This document shows, in pieces, positions 50,418 to 63,574 of a stretch of DNA of 64,000 bases. The stretch covers positions 1,550,001 to 1,614,000 of the forward strand of contig MU054323.1 in assembly GCA_013239625.1 (NCBI GenBank), written 5' to 3'. Position numbers and translations under genes: made by a program. The notes under the pieces were generated by a model, which worked only from the letters and a program-made list of their open reading frames with translations, ran no database searches and had not been told where the DNA came from. Source of the stretch: Lama guanicoe (Eukaryota). The number at the start of each line of letters is the position of its first letter. The stretch's first letter is position 1.

Positions 50418-51726
50418 GTAAGCAGATGTAGGGCATGATATCTCTAGAATATTAGTGTCTGATACCTATGATTTCATCTCTGTTTTTATACTACCTTTTA
50501 CATCCCTACCTTCCTCACCAGGCTGGGACTCCTCAGAGTCAGAAGTTGTGTCACATACACACAGTGGGCACTTGATATACATTTATTAAGTGAAATGATG
50601 TGATGTAAATGTTAAATATAAGTACAGTTTTAAACTATGTTATCAAATTGCTTTAATCTTAAAATTACATTTTCAATATAGATATTCATTTTAAGAAGAA
50701 AAATACTGTACTGGTAAATCTTAGGGAAAAATGGAAGTGAAACCATCTGTTTTTATATCAGTGATTTACATTTGTATCTTTAAAGAATTCTTAATTGTCC
50801 TACAGTATATTTTTGTTGTATGTGAAAATAATAACTTAAACTAATTTCTCATACATGTTCGCTGTTACCGAAAATGGCTTGGATCCTCTTCATTAGTCTT
50901 GATTAAAAAAAATGAGGTCTCTGACATGTACTGAGTCAGAAAGGCCTTTTGCTCCCAGAAGAGGTTAGGAGATCATGTTAGCTCATCTTTTAAAAGAAAT
51001 TCTGCTGTATCTATCTGTCTTAATATGTTTCATTAACATTTTAGGATTATAGGTGACATCATAGGAGAAAAAATGCTTTTATGGATAAAATGCCATTCAA
51101 GTTTTTGTATACATTATAAATGATGATTTTAGACTCTTCTGTATTTTGAAAACAGTGTTGAAGGTACTCACGCTTTCCTTTTAATGGGCACCAGGGCCCC
51201 ACACCCAGACCACAATCATAACTTATTCATATTCCAAGTATAATTTGAAAATAGCTACATAAGTAACTGAGAGCTCATCACAAGCAGAAGTAATTAACTG
51301 CTGTATTATTTTAAAATTCTTATTAAAGAAACCATTTCATGAATTATTCTACTAACTAATCTTTTGTTATGCTAACAATATCCTACTTTTCTTGTCTGTA
51401 ACTACACAAATACCACAAAATTTTCCATTGTTGATTATTATAAATGCATAATATCATGTTATAAATTAACACTTTCAGATAGAAGAGTCATTTACAAAAA
51501 AAAAAGTGTCATGTGGTAGTAATAGCTTGACACCTACTTTATCCTAAGAATTACTATTGTGTTCATTACTCTATTCAACCTAAATGTATCACAACCCTTC
51601 TATATGCTAGGCGTTGTGCTAGGCAGTATTTGTTTTTGAATTTGGTTGCATAAGGGTTAAAAAAAATGTATGCAGAGGCTAATTCTTAAAAGCAGTGAGA
51701 ATCATACTTTTTATGTCTCCATAAAG

Positions 51727-51877
51727 GTTCACCTAAGGATCATGAACATAATGGATGCAAATTATGTAAAACTAATCGGTATTGTGAACCACATGATTAT
51801 GAATACCGTTGTCCTTGTGAGTGGCACCTTGCAGAACATGATAGGCAACTAAACGCAGTAGAGAGCAGTATTAAGAA
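51727..51877 (+). CDS. GEN1: GEN1 coding exon 7
   Basis: SPKDHEHNGCKLCKTNRYCEPHDYEYRCPCEWHLAEHDRQLNAVESSIK; 151 nt. Confidence 0.96.
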
Positions 51878-52184
51878 GTAAGTTTGTTTGTTTTTTGTAC
51901 TGATTGTTTTCTGACGTGACCTATTTGTACACCTGTGGTCATTGTTTCCACTTAACTTTCCCTCGTGTAGGTTAGTAATGTTCCACAAAATCCTTTTCTT
52001 AATTCTGTTCAAAAATTAGGCTACCTTAGAAGATAGTAATTTCATAATATTTCAATGAGAAGTTTGATGACTGGGGCACGATACAAGGACATTTTTCATG
52101 AAATTAGAGGTTAGATGAGATGAATTTAGAGTCTGTCTAAAATTGCCCAATTGTATTAATAATATGTATATAATTTATTTTCAG

Positions 52185-52221
52185 GAAAGCTTGCAGTTGT
52201 GAGGGATTCCCATTCCAAGAG
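52185..52221 (+). CDS. GEN1: GEN1 coding exon 8
   Basis: KACSCEGFPFQE; 37 nt; restores phase 0. Confidence 0.94.
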
Positions 52222-52310
52222 GTAATGAATGATAATTCAACTATGTGTTTAATCTCAGAAGCTTCTAAGAAGTTTAAAGTCTCAATTGCTATTTTCTGTT
52301 CTCTTGCTAG

Positions 52311-52391
52311 GTTATTCAAGAATTCCTTTTGAATCAGGATAAATTGGTGAAGGAAATCAGGTACCAAAGACCTGATTTATTATTGTTTCAG
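52311..52391 (+). CDS. GEN1: GEN1 coding exon 9
   Basis: VIQEFLLNQDKLVKEIRYQRPDLLLFQ; 81 nt. Confidence 0.95.
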
Positions 52392-53277
52392 GTATCTGAA
52401 AATAAATTCCTTCTTTACAGTGTAAAGTTGGATAGGAGGAAGATGAGAAGGGATAATCACTTTGATTGGTCTGAAAGGTTGAAATAGCTAGCTAGTTGAA
52501 TGCACATATATTTTTCTTTCTAATTTTCACTCCTTTGCCACACAGTAACTATACTTTGCAGACCATAAGACGAATCACAATTATGCTGTTCTTTACTAAA
52601 CACCTTAAATACCATGTACTGATATATTGTATTCTGGAATCTACTGGGAGAGAGAGGCTAATAACCAGAGAATGTAAAGATCAAGTATATTGTTACGGAA
52701 GACAGTACAGTTTACAAGGGCCCTGGGATTTGAAATCAGTGACCTAAATTTAAATTTGGACAGTCCGTCACCGTGTGACCCTGGTTATATGTTTTCCTAT
52801 CTCGTGAAATCACCATGAGGTTTAAATGAGATTATTTATATTAACCCCTGGTATAGTAGCTAGAGAAACAGAGTGGCTCACTAACTTGTTGCTTGTCCCT
52901 ACCAACAGCAGTGATAATAATGGCAACCAACATTTATTGAACATTTAAAATTTGCTATTATATATAACACATTACATGTAATCTCACTTAACTTCAGAAT
53001 TTGTGTGCTGGATTTATTTTACAGAGAGAAAACGTAAGTTGAAAGAGATGAAGTAATTTACCCAACATCTGGGAGATCCACTGCCACTCCAACCCAGACC
53101 CCCACACTTAATCATTATGCAATATTGCCTCCTTCAGAAGCTCACTGTTCTTTCTGGGAATATGTTTGTTGATAGGACTTTAACTAACGTTAACTCTGAA
53201 GGAAAAGATAATATCACTGGAGACTGCTGTTTGCCTCCAAGAGGTCACAAAATCTTGTCATATTTTTATATTTACAG

Positions 53278-53408
53278 AGATTTACGCTTGAAAAAATGGA
53301 ATGGCCCAATCACTATGCATGTGAGAAATTGTTGGTGCTGTTAACCCACTATGACATGATAGAAAGGAAGCTTGGGAGAAGGAACTCTAACCAACTACGG
53401 CCAATCCG
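53278..53408 (+). CDS. GEN1: GEN1 coding exon 10
   Basis: RFTLEKMEWPNHYACEKLLVLLTHYDMIERKLGRRNSNQLRPI; 131 nt. Confidence 0.96.
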
Positions 53409-53689
53409 GTAACATAAAGAATTGTATGAATGAGTCCCTGTATTTTCATTGGAATATCTTACGATCTAAAATATTCTTATTAGTATCTTTAATAGTGGGA
53501 TATATATCTCCTTGTTTTATAAAGATGAAGGAAAGGTCTACTGGAATATTAAAAACCTATTCAGGGCTTACATTCAGGATAACATAGTAAGTTCATGCTT
53601 TGACACACCTTTTTGCTTTAAACACATAATAATTATAGAGTATTAAAAGAAATAAATATAAAAAGCTATAGCCAGGCTTAACTAGATAA

Positions 53690-54770
53690 TTATTTCAATG
53701 GACCAGAAAGGGAACAAAAATGTAAAATGAATGGAGGAACTGAAACTGCAAATTGGTGACTCTCAGTGAAGGGTATGTGATTATTCATTGTAGTATTCTT
53801 GCAACTTTTCTTAAGGTTTGAAAACTTTCAGAATAAAAATTTGGTGGGAAGAAACATTAAAGAGAAAAATTAAGCTGCAAAGGAATGACAATCTGATAAC
53901 GTACATTTTTTATGACCGTGGTAGATTTGAGAAGATGATGGAGTAATATTTCAAAGCTTTGAGTAAAAAAAATGGGCAGCATAGATAGACATTATTAAAA
54001 TTATTTGCTGGTTAGTAAGGCATTTTCAGACGTATGAAGACCAAGAGTCTGCCACTCACAAACCCTCATTAAAAGCACTATTAAAAGAAGATTTCAGCAA
54101 GAAAAAAAATGAACTCAGGGAAGATGTGGATTCCAACAAACAGTGGTTGGCATGGAAATTGATAAAACATATTTAGCTAATTTAATAAACTGGAAAAAAT
54201 AAGTATATAAATATCTTCATAACGCTTGATAGTCAGTATATGATGATGATAATAAACTAAAACTCCCGAAGTATGCATGTAAACATTTAAGGGTAACCAT
54301 TAAAACAATTAGAAATACAGTCTCTAGGTTTAAAACCAATACATAAAATAGGAAAGTGAAACTATCAAACTGAAGGCAGGAAGGTTACAGGGGGAAATAG
54401 CAGAGAAAAAGCTTGGTACCCGAAAACAAAATAAGATAAAGGACTGAGTCCAGCGATAGCAGTAATCACAATAAATGTAGGTGGATTAAACTCATCTATT
54501 AAAAGACATTATACTGAATTAGTAAACAAAATTCAGCAATATACTGCTTACAGGGCATGTGCAGAATAAAATTATGCTAAGTTTGAAAATAAAAAGATTT
54601 AAAAGATTTACGAGGCAAATATTTACCAAAGTGATGTAGCAAAATTAACAGAAGCAAAATAGACTTTAAAGTAAAAATCATTATTATGGAAAAGAGGAAT
54701 ACTGAATAATAATGAAAGGAAAAATCTACTGATAAGATCTAACAGTTATAAACTTTATCTTTTAAATAAA
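53690..54770 (+). mobile_element. old L1 fragments (ORF1 / endonuclease-region relics)
   Basis: CAGTAATCACAATAAATGTAGGTGGATTAAACTCATCTATTAAAAGAC...AAAATAGACTTTAAAG. Confidence 0.7.
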
Positions 54771-54929
54771 CTAGTCAAAGGAATAACTATACAATAATTC
54801 CTTATAATATTTTAGAATATTGTAAAAACAGAATAAAAATTAATGGAAACTGAGTTCTTCAATTTACATATTGAAAATTTCTGAATAACTATAGCAATGG
54901 GACTTCATTAAGTTTGTTTTTTTTTTCAG

Positions 54930-54991
54930 AATCATTAAAACTCGAATTAGAAATGGAGTTCATTGCTTTGAAATAGAATGGGAAAAGCCTG
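54930..54991 (+). CDS. GEN1: GEN1 coding exon 11 (chromodomain)
   Basis: IIKTRIRNGVHCFEIEWEKP; 62 nt. Confidence 0.96.
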
Positions 54992-56139
54992 GTATGTATG
55001 CACTTTAAGGAAAATTTATAACATTTGACCATGTATGTTTAGCAAATATCATATATATATGTGAAAATTATGTATGTATATAAAAAAATGAAAAAGAAAT
55101 GTATGGCATACACCAAGGATTAATTTCATAGTTTGCCTTACTATGTAAATAGCCTGAGCTGATAGTAAATATGAAAAACTTTAACCATTTTTTAGTGCCT
55201 TAAATTGATATTTCTTTTGTAATTAATGTTTATAAAAACAATATGGCAATGGTTTTAATTTATATTTCTCAAGAAAATGCTGCTACTAATGGTCTGGTCA
55301 TTGATTTCATTGTACAGCTGGGCCTAAAGAAATCAAGTTTGCTGAATAGTATTTAAGGTACTTTTCCTCGTCTTTCTTTACTCTGTCTAGTTTTCATGGG
55401 AATATTTAGTAGTGAAATTACTCTTATTTTCTACAGATAGAAATACAGTGAACTGTAAATTAGCTCCAGGTCTGAGGGCAAGGAAAGCACAAATCATTTA
55501 AAATGAAAAATAATCCCAAATTCATTTCTACTTGGCTTTGAAATTAGATTGTGTAATTATATGTGAATGAATGAGAGAACAGCTTTGTCAGTGAAAGTTT
55601 AAGTTGTAGGTAACTTTGAAGAATTAAATGATAAGAATTAGCTCAGCCATTCTAAGCAATAATAGGAAAATAGCAAGCTGAAGAATTTTGAAAACTGTTT
55701 AGGAACAGTTCCACCAACCACAGTAGATTTTCAGGAAAGACAGTGCCATTAACCCAGGCTGGCAGCGCATCTCCTCTGTCTAGAACTGAGGATTAGGTTC
55801 CTCCTTTCTCTTATCCTTGTGAGAGTTATTCCTTAAAGGAGAAAATGTGCCCCAGGCTAGTTTAACCAAGAAAAACCGTAAGTTCACCTATTGCCATTGT
55901 TTCTACTTTAAACTCATCAACGAATAGTTTTGTTATAGTTTGGCTTCTTATGCAACTTCACCCTCATATAGGATAAACACAAGAATCTAGTCTGCTGTTT
56001 ACATATCTTACTGTAGATTTACATATAAGCATTCTCATTTTCATTTATGAGGTGCTTGTGAGTCCAGTAAGCCTGGGTATATCCTCAAGAGATTGATAAC
56101 CTTTGAAACAATAATCTGGAAGACAGTAATATATATCTG

Positions 56140-56550
56140 TATCTTTTTAAGTTGAAGTACAGTCAGTTACACAGTGTGTCAATTTCTGGTGTACAGCACA
56201 ATGTCGCAGTCATGCATATACATACATGTATTCGTTTTCATATTCTTTTTCATTAAAAGTTATTACAAGATACTGAATATAGTTCCCTGTGCTAGGCAGA
56301 AGAAACTTGTTTTTTTAATCTATTTTTATTACATAGTGGCTAACATTTGCAAATCTCAAACTCCCAAATTTATCCCTTTCCAGCTCCTTTCTCCTGGTAA
56401 CCATAAGGTTGTTTACTAAGTCTGCAAGTCTGTTACTGTTTTGTAGATGAGTTCATTAGTGTCCTCTTTTTTTCTGGAATCCACATATGAGTGGTATCAT
56501 AGGGTATTTTTCTTTCTCTTTCTGGCTTATTTCACCTGGAATGAAGATCT
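56140..56550 (-). mobile_element. L1 3' end (related to the copy at 40855)
   Basis: TTGAAGTACAGTCAGTTACACAGTGTGTCAATTTCTGGTGTACAGCA...TCTTTCTCTTTCTGGCTTATTTCAC. Confidence 0.85.
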
Positions 56551-56976
56551 TGATGACCATTTCAATTCTGTTCTTTTCAGAAGTTACCGCTACAGAAAGG
56601 CAATGTTGAAGTTTTAGGAAATTGTTTATTTCCATTCTTTATCTGGAATTTTACACTTAACATACTAAATTAAAACCAACGAATCTTACCTAAACAAAGC
56701 TCTCTGTTCTCTAAACTGCTCCTACCATCTCTGAAGCAAGAGAAGTTTCAAGTTCTAATTTAAAAGGAACCTCCTTCCAGCTCTTCCCGGGTGGAAGAAA
56801 ATCACTTCTGTACTAGCATCAACAGATTATTAGAATAGAGATGTTGTAAAGCAAGAGTTACAATGAATTATTCATTTGCAAATGACCTAGTTTACTTGGT
56901 AAACTGAGTTACCTGGAAAAATGGAATATTTCAAACCTGTAATTAAGTTATTTTTATTGTATTTTTACTCCCTTAG

Positions 56977-57117
56977 AACATTATGCTATGGAAGATGAAC
57001 ATGGAGAACTGGTTCTGCAAACGATAGAAGAAGAATCATTGTTTGAAGCAGCTTATCCTGAGATTGTTGCTATTTATCAAAAACAAAAGTCAGAAATTAA
57101 AGGGAAGAAACAAAAAG
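56977..57117 (+). CDS. GEN1: GEN1 coding exon 12 (chromodomain end)
   Basis: HYAMEDEHGELVLQTIEEESLFEAAYPEIVAIYQKQKSEIKGKKQK; 141 nt. Confidence 0.96.
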
Positions 57118-57598
57118 GTAAGTGTCACATTTGACAACTGTTTATGCCACTCACAAATTTTACAGAAGAGCTACCTGTCCTGTTTGAATCTATGCTGTCC
57201 TGTTTCTCTGTCTTGACAAACTTGGCATTAAAATCTAAAATAATCTAAGAATAAACCATTCTACTTGGTGTCTGCTAACTTAACCAACTGTTAATAATAG
57301 TAATTATACTAACCTTTTATTGAGCAACTAGTATGTGTAACATATTTTGGATTATAAATACATTTTCTTTATTTTTGAGAACTCAGGAAATTAGAACATT
57401 ATTTTATAGTATAATACTCAATTATAATATTATTAATACTTTTATAATAATTATATACAGCAGTTTTCAGGAATGGGCTAAGACAAAGAAGGCAAAAATT
57501 GCTTATATAGATTTCTGACCTCAGCTCTAGTTTATTTACCCACATTAAGGAAAATAAAATAGATTTTAATTATGTTATACTTTTTTTTTTCTTTTCAG

Positions 57599-58908
57599 GC
57601 ATGAAAATTAAGTCCAAAGGAAGCAGTTTGCCAGAATCAGATACTATGATGGGTTTTCAGTCACACACAACTTTCAAGCCCACATGTGAAATCTTCTCTA
57701 AGCGGAGTTCCAAGTTAAATTTGGGAATTTCCCCCGATTCTACGTTACCCCAGGAATCTATTTCTGCGTCATTGGATACCTTGCTTTTACCTGAAGAGGC
57801 TCCCTGTCTGGATAGACGGGAACAGTTCGTATCTTCTCTGAGACCTTCAGCTACACAGCAAATTAAAGCTGTAACTGCAGAATCTAGTCAACCCAGTACC
57901 TCATCCCATAGTATATCCACAATTGCTGATCTGCACTTGAGCACCATTGACTGGGAAGGTACTTCTTTTAGTGATTCTCCAGCGATCCCAAAGAATACTT
58001 TCTCTCATGGTCCAAAATCAGAGCTTGAGATGGCTATCCCTGATAGCTTTAAAAATATCCCAGAGCAGTTGTCACGTGAATCAGAATGGTACACCACAAG
58101 CACTGATAAATTGTTGGATTGGAATCTTCAAAAGACTGCTCCAGAAGAGCCCCTGCTTTCTGGCATTACTGGTTTACATCTTCAGGATTTGCCTTTAAAG
58201 GAACGAATACGTATAAAATCATCATATCCTCAGAATAATGTGCGACCAGATGTTGGCCTAAAAACTTTGTCACTCCTTACTGTAAAAGAGCGCTGTGTTG
58301 CTAACAGTAGTTCCGATGGCCTATCACATCTTTCAAAGGACCTTCTAGGAATTCATTTGCCAAATGAATCTAGAAACTGTAAAGTTCTAAAAGGAGACCA
58401 GCTGTTTCAAGAAAACTATAAAGTGAATACTTCTGTACCTTATTCTCTCAATAACCCAGTAGCAGGGACCTCCAATGTTAGAACTGAACCATCAAATACT
58501 GCTTTCCATCGTAGCAGAAAAGTGGATGCACAAATCACTGAGAAAATTGTAATGAAGAAGAGTGTTTGCCTTGATAGACCTTCCTCTGAGGAAGAAAGTG
58601 TCCCAGAGTTTGGGAAACCTAAGTCCACAACTCGAAAAATGAAACAGAGTTCTCAGCAGTATAGCCCAGCTCGATTCAAGAAAAATGATGGCAACAAATT
58701 GAATAACCCTAAGGCACGTAGTAGAGAAACTGAACAGTGTGTCCAGGTTTCTAAAACAGCTGGAAATGAGGAAAACTCCTTCCCAGATGCACCAAAAGTT
58801 TCTCTGAGTTTTCTGCAGTGTCACAAAGAAAAAGACGACTCTGGCACTTACTTGGATAGTCCTCTTCCTTTAAGTCAGAGATTAAAACTAAGGTTTCAAA
58901 ACACTTGA
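57599..58908 (+). CDS. GEN1: GEN1 terminal coding exon (largely disordered C-terminal tail)
   Basis: Acceptor poly(T)-CAG ending 57598; 435-aa ORF ending SPLPLSQRLKLRFQNT*. Confidence 0.97.
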
Positions 58909-59204
58909 AATGAAATTTCGAATATTCAGATATAAATCAGCATTCTAGTGGCATTAGCAGAAGCAGAGGGAAGGTATCTAGTTTATAGCAGAAAAATTTA
59001 ATGTGGTTTTATATGTTGTGAGTCCCTTGCAATCAAAACTGTGATAAGAAAAATTGTTACCTAAAACTTTGATTTTAAAAAACAGTCCTCTGTAGTGAAA
59101 ACTTCAGGTGATGTATATTTTTATAACATACTTTTGCCATTTTAAAAAATAATCTTTATTATTCCTTTGTTATATTCTTAAAAAGTTAGTGCAGTACTAG
59201 ACAG

Positions 59205-59210
59205 AATAAA
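59205..59210 (+). terminator. candidate GEN1 polyadenylation signal (second AATAAA at 59505-59510)
   Basis: First AATAAA about 300 nt after the stop, followed by pyrimidine-rich sequence. Confidence 0.4.
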
Positions 59211-59809
59211 TGCTCCCTCCATTTCCTCTTTTTCGCTCATTGCTTCCACAGGCCTCTAAAGCATTTTTTGACATTCCAGCTTGTTCCCAAGAGGATAGCT
59301 CTTCATAATTGCCTACATTCTCAGATTGTCTTCTATTATACCTTCCTGAGAGTGACATTTTCTCTCAATGTGAAGATACTTCCAGTTGCCTTCCCAGCTT
59401 CAGTAATCTTATTCTCTTTTGTGAGGGATAAAAAAAAAAAAAAAAAAAGGGAAAAAGTGGAAGATGATCACTATATGTAGTAAAAATTATGGTTATTGTA
59501 GCAGAATAAACTGAGGAAAGCTACTTCTTAAATATCCCAAGTTCACAGGTCTGCCAAGTGGAAGAAGATTTGGAAAATAGATTGTATAACCAGAGAGGGT
59601 TAGAAACTTGCTCAGGATCACACAGCTAATTAAATAGTGGTGGGGAATCCAGATTTCTTGCCTCTCAATTCCATTGGTTTTTCCTGTGTTCTTTTTCTTT
59701 TATAGCACTTTTTTCTTTCCTTTTTGTTTTAAGATGAATCTATACAATATTGACTTCAGTACTTCCAAATATTAAGTTGTACATTAATCTATTTAGCACT
59801 CAAAAAAGT

Positions 59810-61950
59810 CTAGAGGGAGCCAGACTGGAAAGGAAAAAATAAAACGGTTGCTACTTGCAGATGACAAAATCATGTATTTACAAAATTCTAAAGAATCCAT
59901 TAAAAACTATTTGAATTGATAAATGAGTTCAACAATGTTGCAGGATACAAGGTCAGTACATAAGCATCAATTGTATATCTGTGCCCCCACGATGAATAAT
60001 ACTAAATGAAGTTAAGAAAATTCTTTTTGCAGCAATATCAAAAAGAATAAAATACTTCGGAATAAATTTAATAGAAATACAAAATTTATACTCTGAAAAC
60101 TACAAAAATCATTGAAAGTAATTAAAGAAAACCTAAATAAATAAAAAAAATCCCATGTTCATGTTCATGGATCAGAAAACTTGATATTAAGATGGCAATA
60201 TCCTCCAACAGATTCAGTGCAATCCCCATCAATCCCAGCTGATTTCTTTCTAGAAATTGATAAGCTAATTCTAAAATATATATGGAAATTTAAGGGACAC
60301 AGAATAGGCGAAAAAAATCTTAAAAAAAAACAAAAACAAAAGGTAGGAGAGGACTTGCCTTTCCTGATTCTGATTTCAAAACTTGATGACCACAAAGCTA
60401 TAGTAATGAGAAAGTATTGAGTGGCATAAAGGTAGACATGGAGGTCAGTGGGATAGTGCTGAAGATCCAGAAATACGTCCTCCCATTTATGCTAAGTTGA
60501 TTTTCAACCAGACTGCCAAGACAATTTAATGGGGAAACAGTAGTCCGAGCAAACGCCACTGTTAACAACTGGCTATCCACATGCAAAATAAAGTTTGGTC
60601 TCGACCTCATACAATATATAAAAATTAACACAAAAAATGGATTAGAGACTTAAAGGTAAGAGCTAAAACTATAAAATTCTTAGAAGAAAACATAGACATT
60701 AATCTTTGTAACTTTGAATTAGACAAGGGTTTCTTAGGTATGACATCAAAGCTCAGACAAGAAAAAATAAATCGGACTTCATCAGAACTAAAACCTTTCG
60801 TGTTTTAGAGGACATCGTTAAGAAAAAGAAGACACATTACAATGGGAGAAAATATTTGGGAATCATAAAAGTAATAAAGAGGCTTGTATCTAGAGGGACT
60901 TGTATAAAGAACACAACTCAATAAAAAGAACTTAAGGAGAGTGTAGCTCAGCAGAGTACATGCCTAGCATGCACAAGGTTCTGGGTTCAGTCCCCAGTAC
61001 CTCCATTAAAAAATAAACAAATAAACCTAATTACCTCCCCCTCCAACAAAATTTTTTAAATTAGTTAACTAAGAGTTTTTTTAAAAGAGAACTTAAAAGT
61101 AGGTAAAATATCTGAATAGACATTTCTTCAAATAAGATATCCAAATAGCCAATAAGCAGATGAAAAAATTCTCAACTTCATTAGTCATCAGAAAGTTGCC
61201 AATCAACCACAAAGAGATACCACTTCACACCTAATAGGATGGCTAGAATTTAAAAAGATGAAAACAAGTCTGAGGATATGGAGAAAATGGAACCTTCATA
61301 TCCTGCTGGTAGGAGTGTAAAATTTTTCCAAAAAGGCTGGTGGTTCCTCAGATGGCTAAATATAGTTACCATGAAACACGGCAAATCTTTTTGGGGTGTA
61401 TACCCAAGAGAAATGAAGACAACTTCCACACAAAAGCTTGTATACAAATGTCTGTAATGGCGTTATTCACAACAGCCTGAAAGTGGAAACAACCCAAATG
61501 CCCATCAAGTGATGAGTGGATAAACCAAATGTGGTGCTTCCATACAACGAAATACTGGCAATAAAAAAAAAAGTAACTGATAAATACTGTAGTATGATGA
61601 ATTTTGAAAACATGCTACATGAAAGAGGCCAGTAACAAAAGACCATATATGATTAAATTCATACAAAATGTTCCAAATAGGCAAATCTAGAATATATAGA
61701 AGAAACAGAAGGTAAGATTCATGGTTGCCAAGGCCTGGCAGGAAGGGAGTGTTGAGGACGGAGAAGGGAAAAGACTGCTAGTAAGATGGGTTTTGGGAGG
61801 AGTGGGTGGATGATGAAGATGTTCTATAATTGATTGTGACGATTATTGCAAAAGTTTGAATATACTAAAACCATTGAATTGTGCAATTTAAATAGATAGA
61901 TTCTATAGTGTGTGAATTATATCACAGTAAAGCTGTTTTAAAAGCAAAGA
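59810..61950 (+). mobile_element. old L1 ORF2 3' half and 3' UTR
   Basis: TTGCAGATGAC (RT FADD region), IDKLILKYIWKFK, GGAAACAACCCAAATGCCCATCA, ending ATCACAGTAAAGCTGTTTTAAAA. Confidence 0.9.
60936..61087 (+). mobile_element. tRNA-derived SINE (Vic-1-like, camelid) inserted into the L1
   Basis: GGAGAGTGTAGCTCAG (A box)...GGGTTCAGTCCCCAGTACCTCC (B box), AT-rich tail; TSD AGAACTTAA at 60927-60935 and 61088-61096. Confidence 0.85.
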
Positions 61951-62409
61951 GAATTTTACTCATTCAGACTTTAATATCCAAAATGTATATAGTCTAACCT
62001 CACTCATATATGCACAGCCATCATTACTTCCTAGACTTGAAAATAAGTCCAGAGAAGTGAAGAGATTTATTTTCCCGAGACCAGGGATGGAAGTTTTGTT
62101 TAGTATTTATTACATTATGCCACATTGTAAAAATTAGGTTCAAATTTGGAGTACTGTTGAATTTTTGTGCTTTCTCTGAAGTTATGATTTTGGTTTATTG
62201 AAAATTCCACTAAAATATAGAAGATGCTCTGAGTCGAGTTTAATGTTGTTATAGAAAAGTGCTGTTTTTACGAAGCACTTAATATACATAAAATCTCCTG
62301 GACGAGGAGAGTATTAAATTTAGGCAGTCAGTCGCTGCTCTCGAGAAACCCACCTTTCCTAATTGAACTGATGTATTTTTTAAATCAGTGATTATTTGCA
62401 TAAGTATTA

Positions 62410-62641
62410 CAGGTGACCTTTGAACAGTTCAAGGGTGTTTAGGAGTACAGACCCCTCCTTCCTCCCAGCACAGTTGAAAATCCTCATAAAACTTTATAGT
62501 CGATCCCTCTGTAATTACAGGTCCACATCCTCAGATTCAACCAACTGCAGACCATGTGCTACTGTAGTACTTATTTATTAAAAAAATCTGCATAAAAGTG
62601 GACCCATGCAGTTCAAACCTGTGTTGTTCAAGGGTCAACTG
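62410..62641. mobile_element. Tigger-derived MITE (MER8-like)
   Basis: Terminal inverted repeats CAGGTGACCTTTGAACA / TGTTCAAGGGTCAACTG, flanked by TA on both sides. Confidence 0.85.
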
Positions 62642-63574
62642 TATATACTTTTTAAGGTAATACTTTAATGTGGTTAATTAAAAAGGTGAAACGGAACAAA
62701 AAAAAATAGAGTGAAAAAGTCAATCTCCTTTCTGTCCTTAATGACCAGACTCCAGTTCTTTTAACTAGAGGCAAACATGGCTTCTAATTTCTTGATCCTT
62801 CCAGAAGTATTCTGTACCAACATGTTAATGTATCTTAGAAACGTTCCATACCAATAAGTATGATGTCTCACTATTTAATGGCATCAGTGTCTCTACATGT
62901 GTATCTTTGAGCAGAAGTCTAGAGATACATAGTAGATGTGAATGTCATGCTTGATTTGTAACTGTTGATAAATGTACAATTGGAGCATTTTTGATTCTCT
63001 AAAGCCAAATAATCTGAAAGTTGAAAGTCAGATGTGTGAACTAAATCATTTGAATGCCTCTTAACACTCTTACTTGGACTTTTCTGTGAGCTGCTTCTTT
63101 TAAAAATTTCCCAAATGCCCTTAAATAGCTTAGAATAATTATAAATGACATGAATTTACCTGTGAAATTAGTAGGTTTACCTTGAAGACCTGACATAGGA
63201 AAAGGTGACAGTATGGCTACCCAGAGTGTTATTTCCTTGTTAAAATCACCACATTTTTGAAAAGTTTGTCCAGTTTTGAACTAGTGCCACATATTTTTAG
63301 AAATCTCAATTCTAAATGTCTGTGTAATGTAAATTTTATTTTTTCGAGGAATTATTGTTTTGACATTAGTTGTACATTACTGCATAGATATGTGTACAGC
63401 TCTTTCTAAATTCTGAGGTTAGAGGTGCACAAAAACCCAGTATTATATATTGAAAGGGATGAAGTTTTGCTTTGAAGTAATTAATTTTGTTTTGAACTGC
63501 TCACCTGATCCCACACTCAGTCTTGATTTATGTTCTCAGAAAAATATCTAAAGACTTGATTCCTTTTTCACTGG

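Larger units (their letters stand above)
40156..58908 (+). other. GEN1: GEN1 Holliday junction 5' flap endonuclease, complete CDS span (13 coding exons, 2715 nt, 904 aa)
   Basis: Exons join in phase; XPG-N/XPG-I catalytic acids D30, E75, E134, E136, D155, D157, D208 all present; chromodomain and long C-terminal tail follow. Confidence 0.98.

Noticed and set aside
57601..58908. 435-aa ORF as a stand-alone gene
   Set aside because: It is the last GEN1 exon; a strong acceptor lies 2 nt before the ATG and the phase matches the previous exon
59430..59448. Poly(A) tail of a retrocopy or true mRNA end
   Set aside because: Genomic A run with no visible TSD or element body; could cause internal oligo-dT priming artefacts
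60936..61005. Functional tRNA gene
   Set aside because: Degenerate D-arm, SINE body/tail and TSD show it is a SINE head
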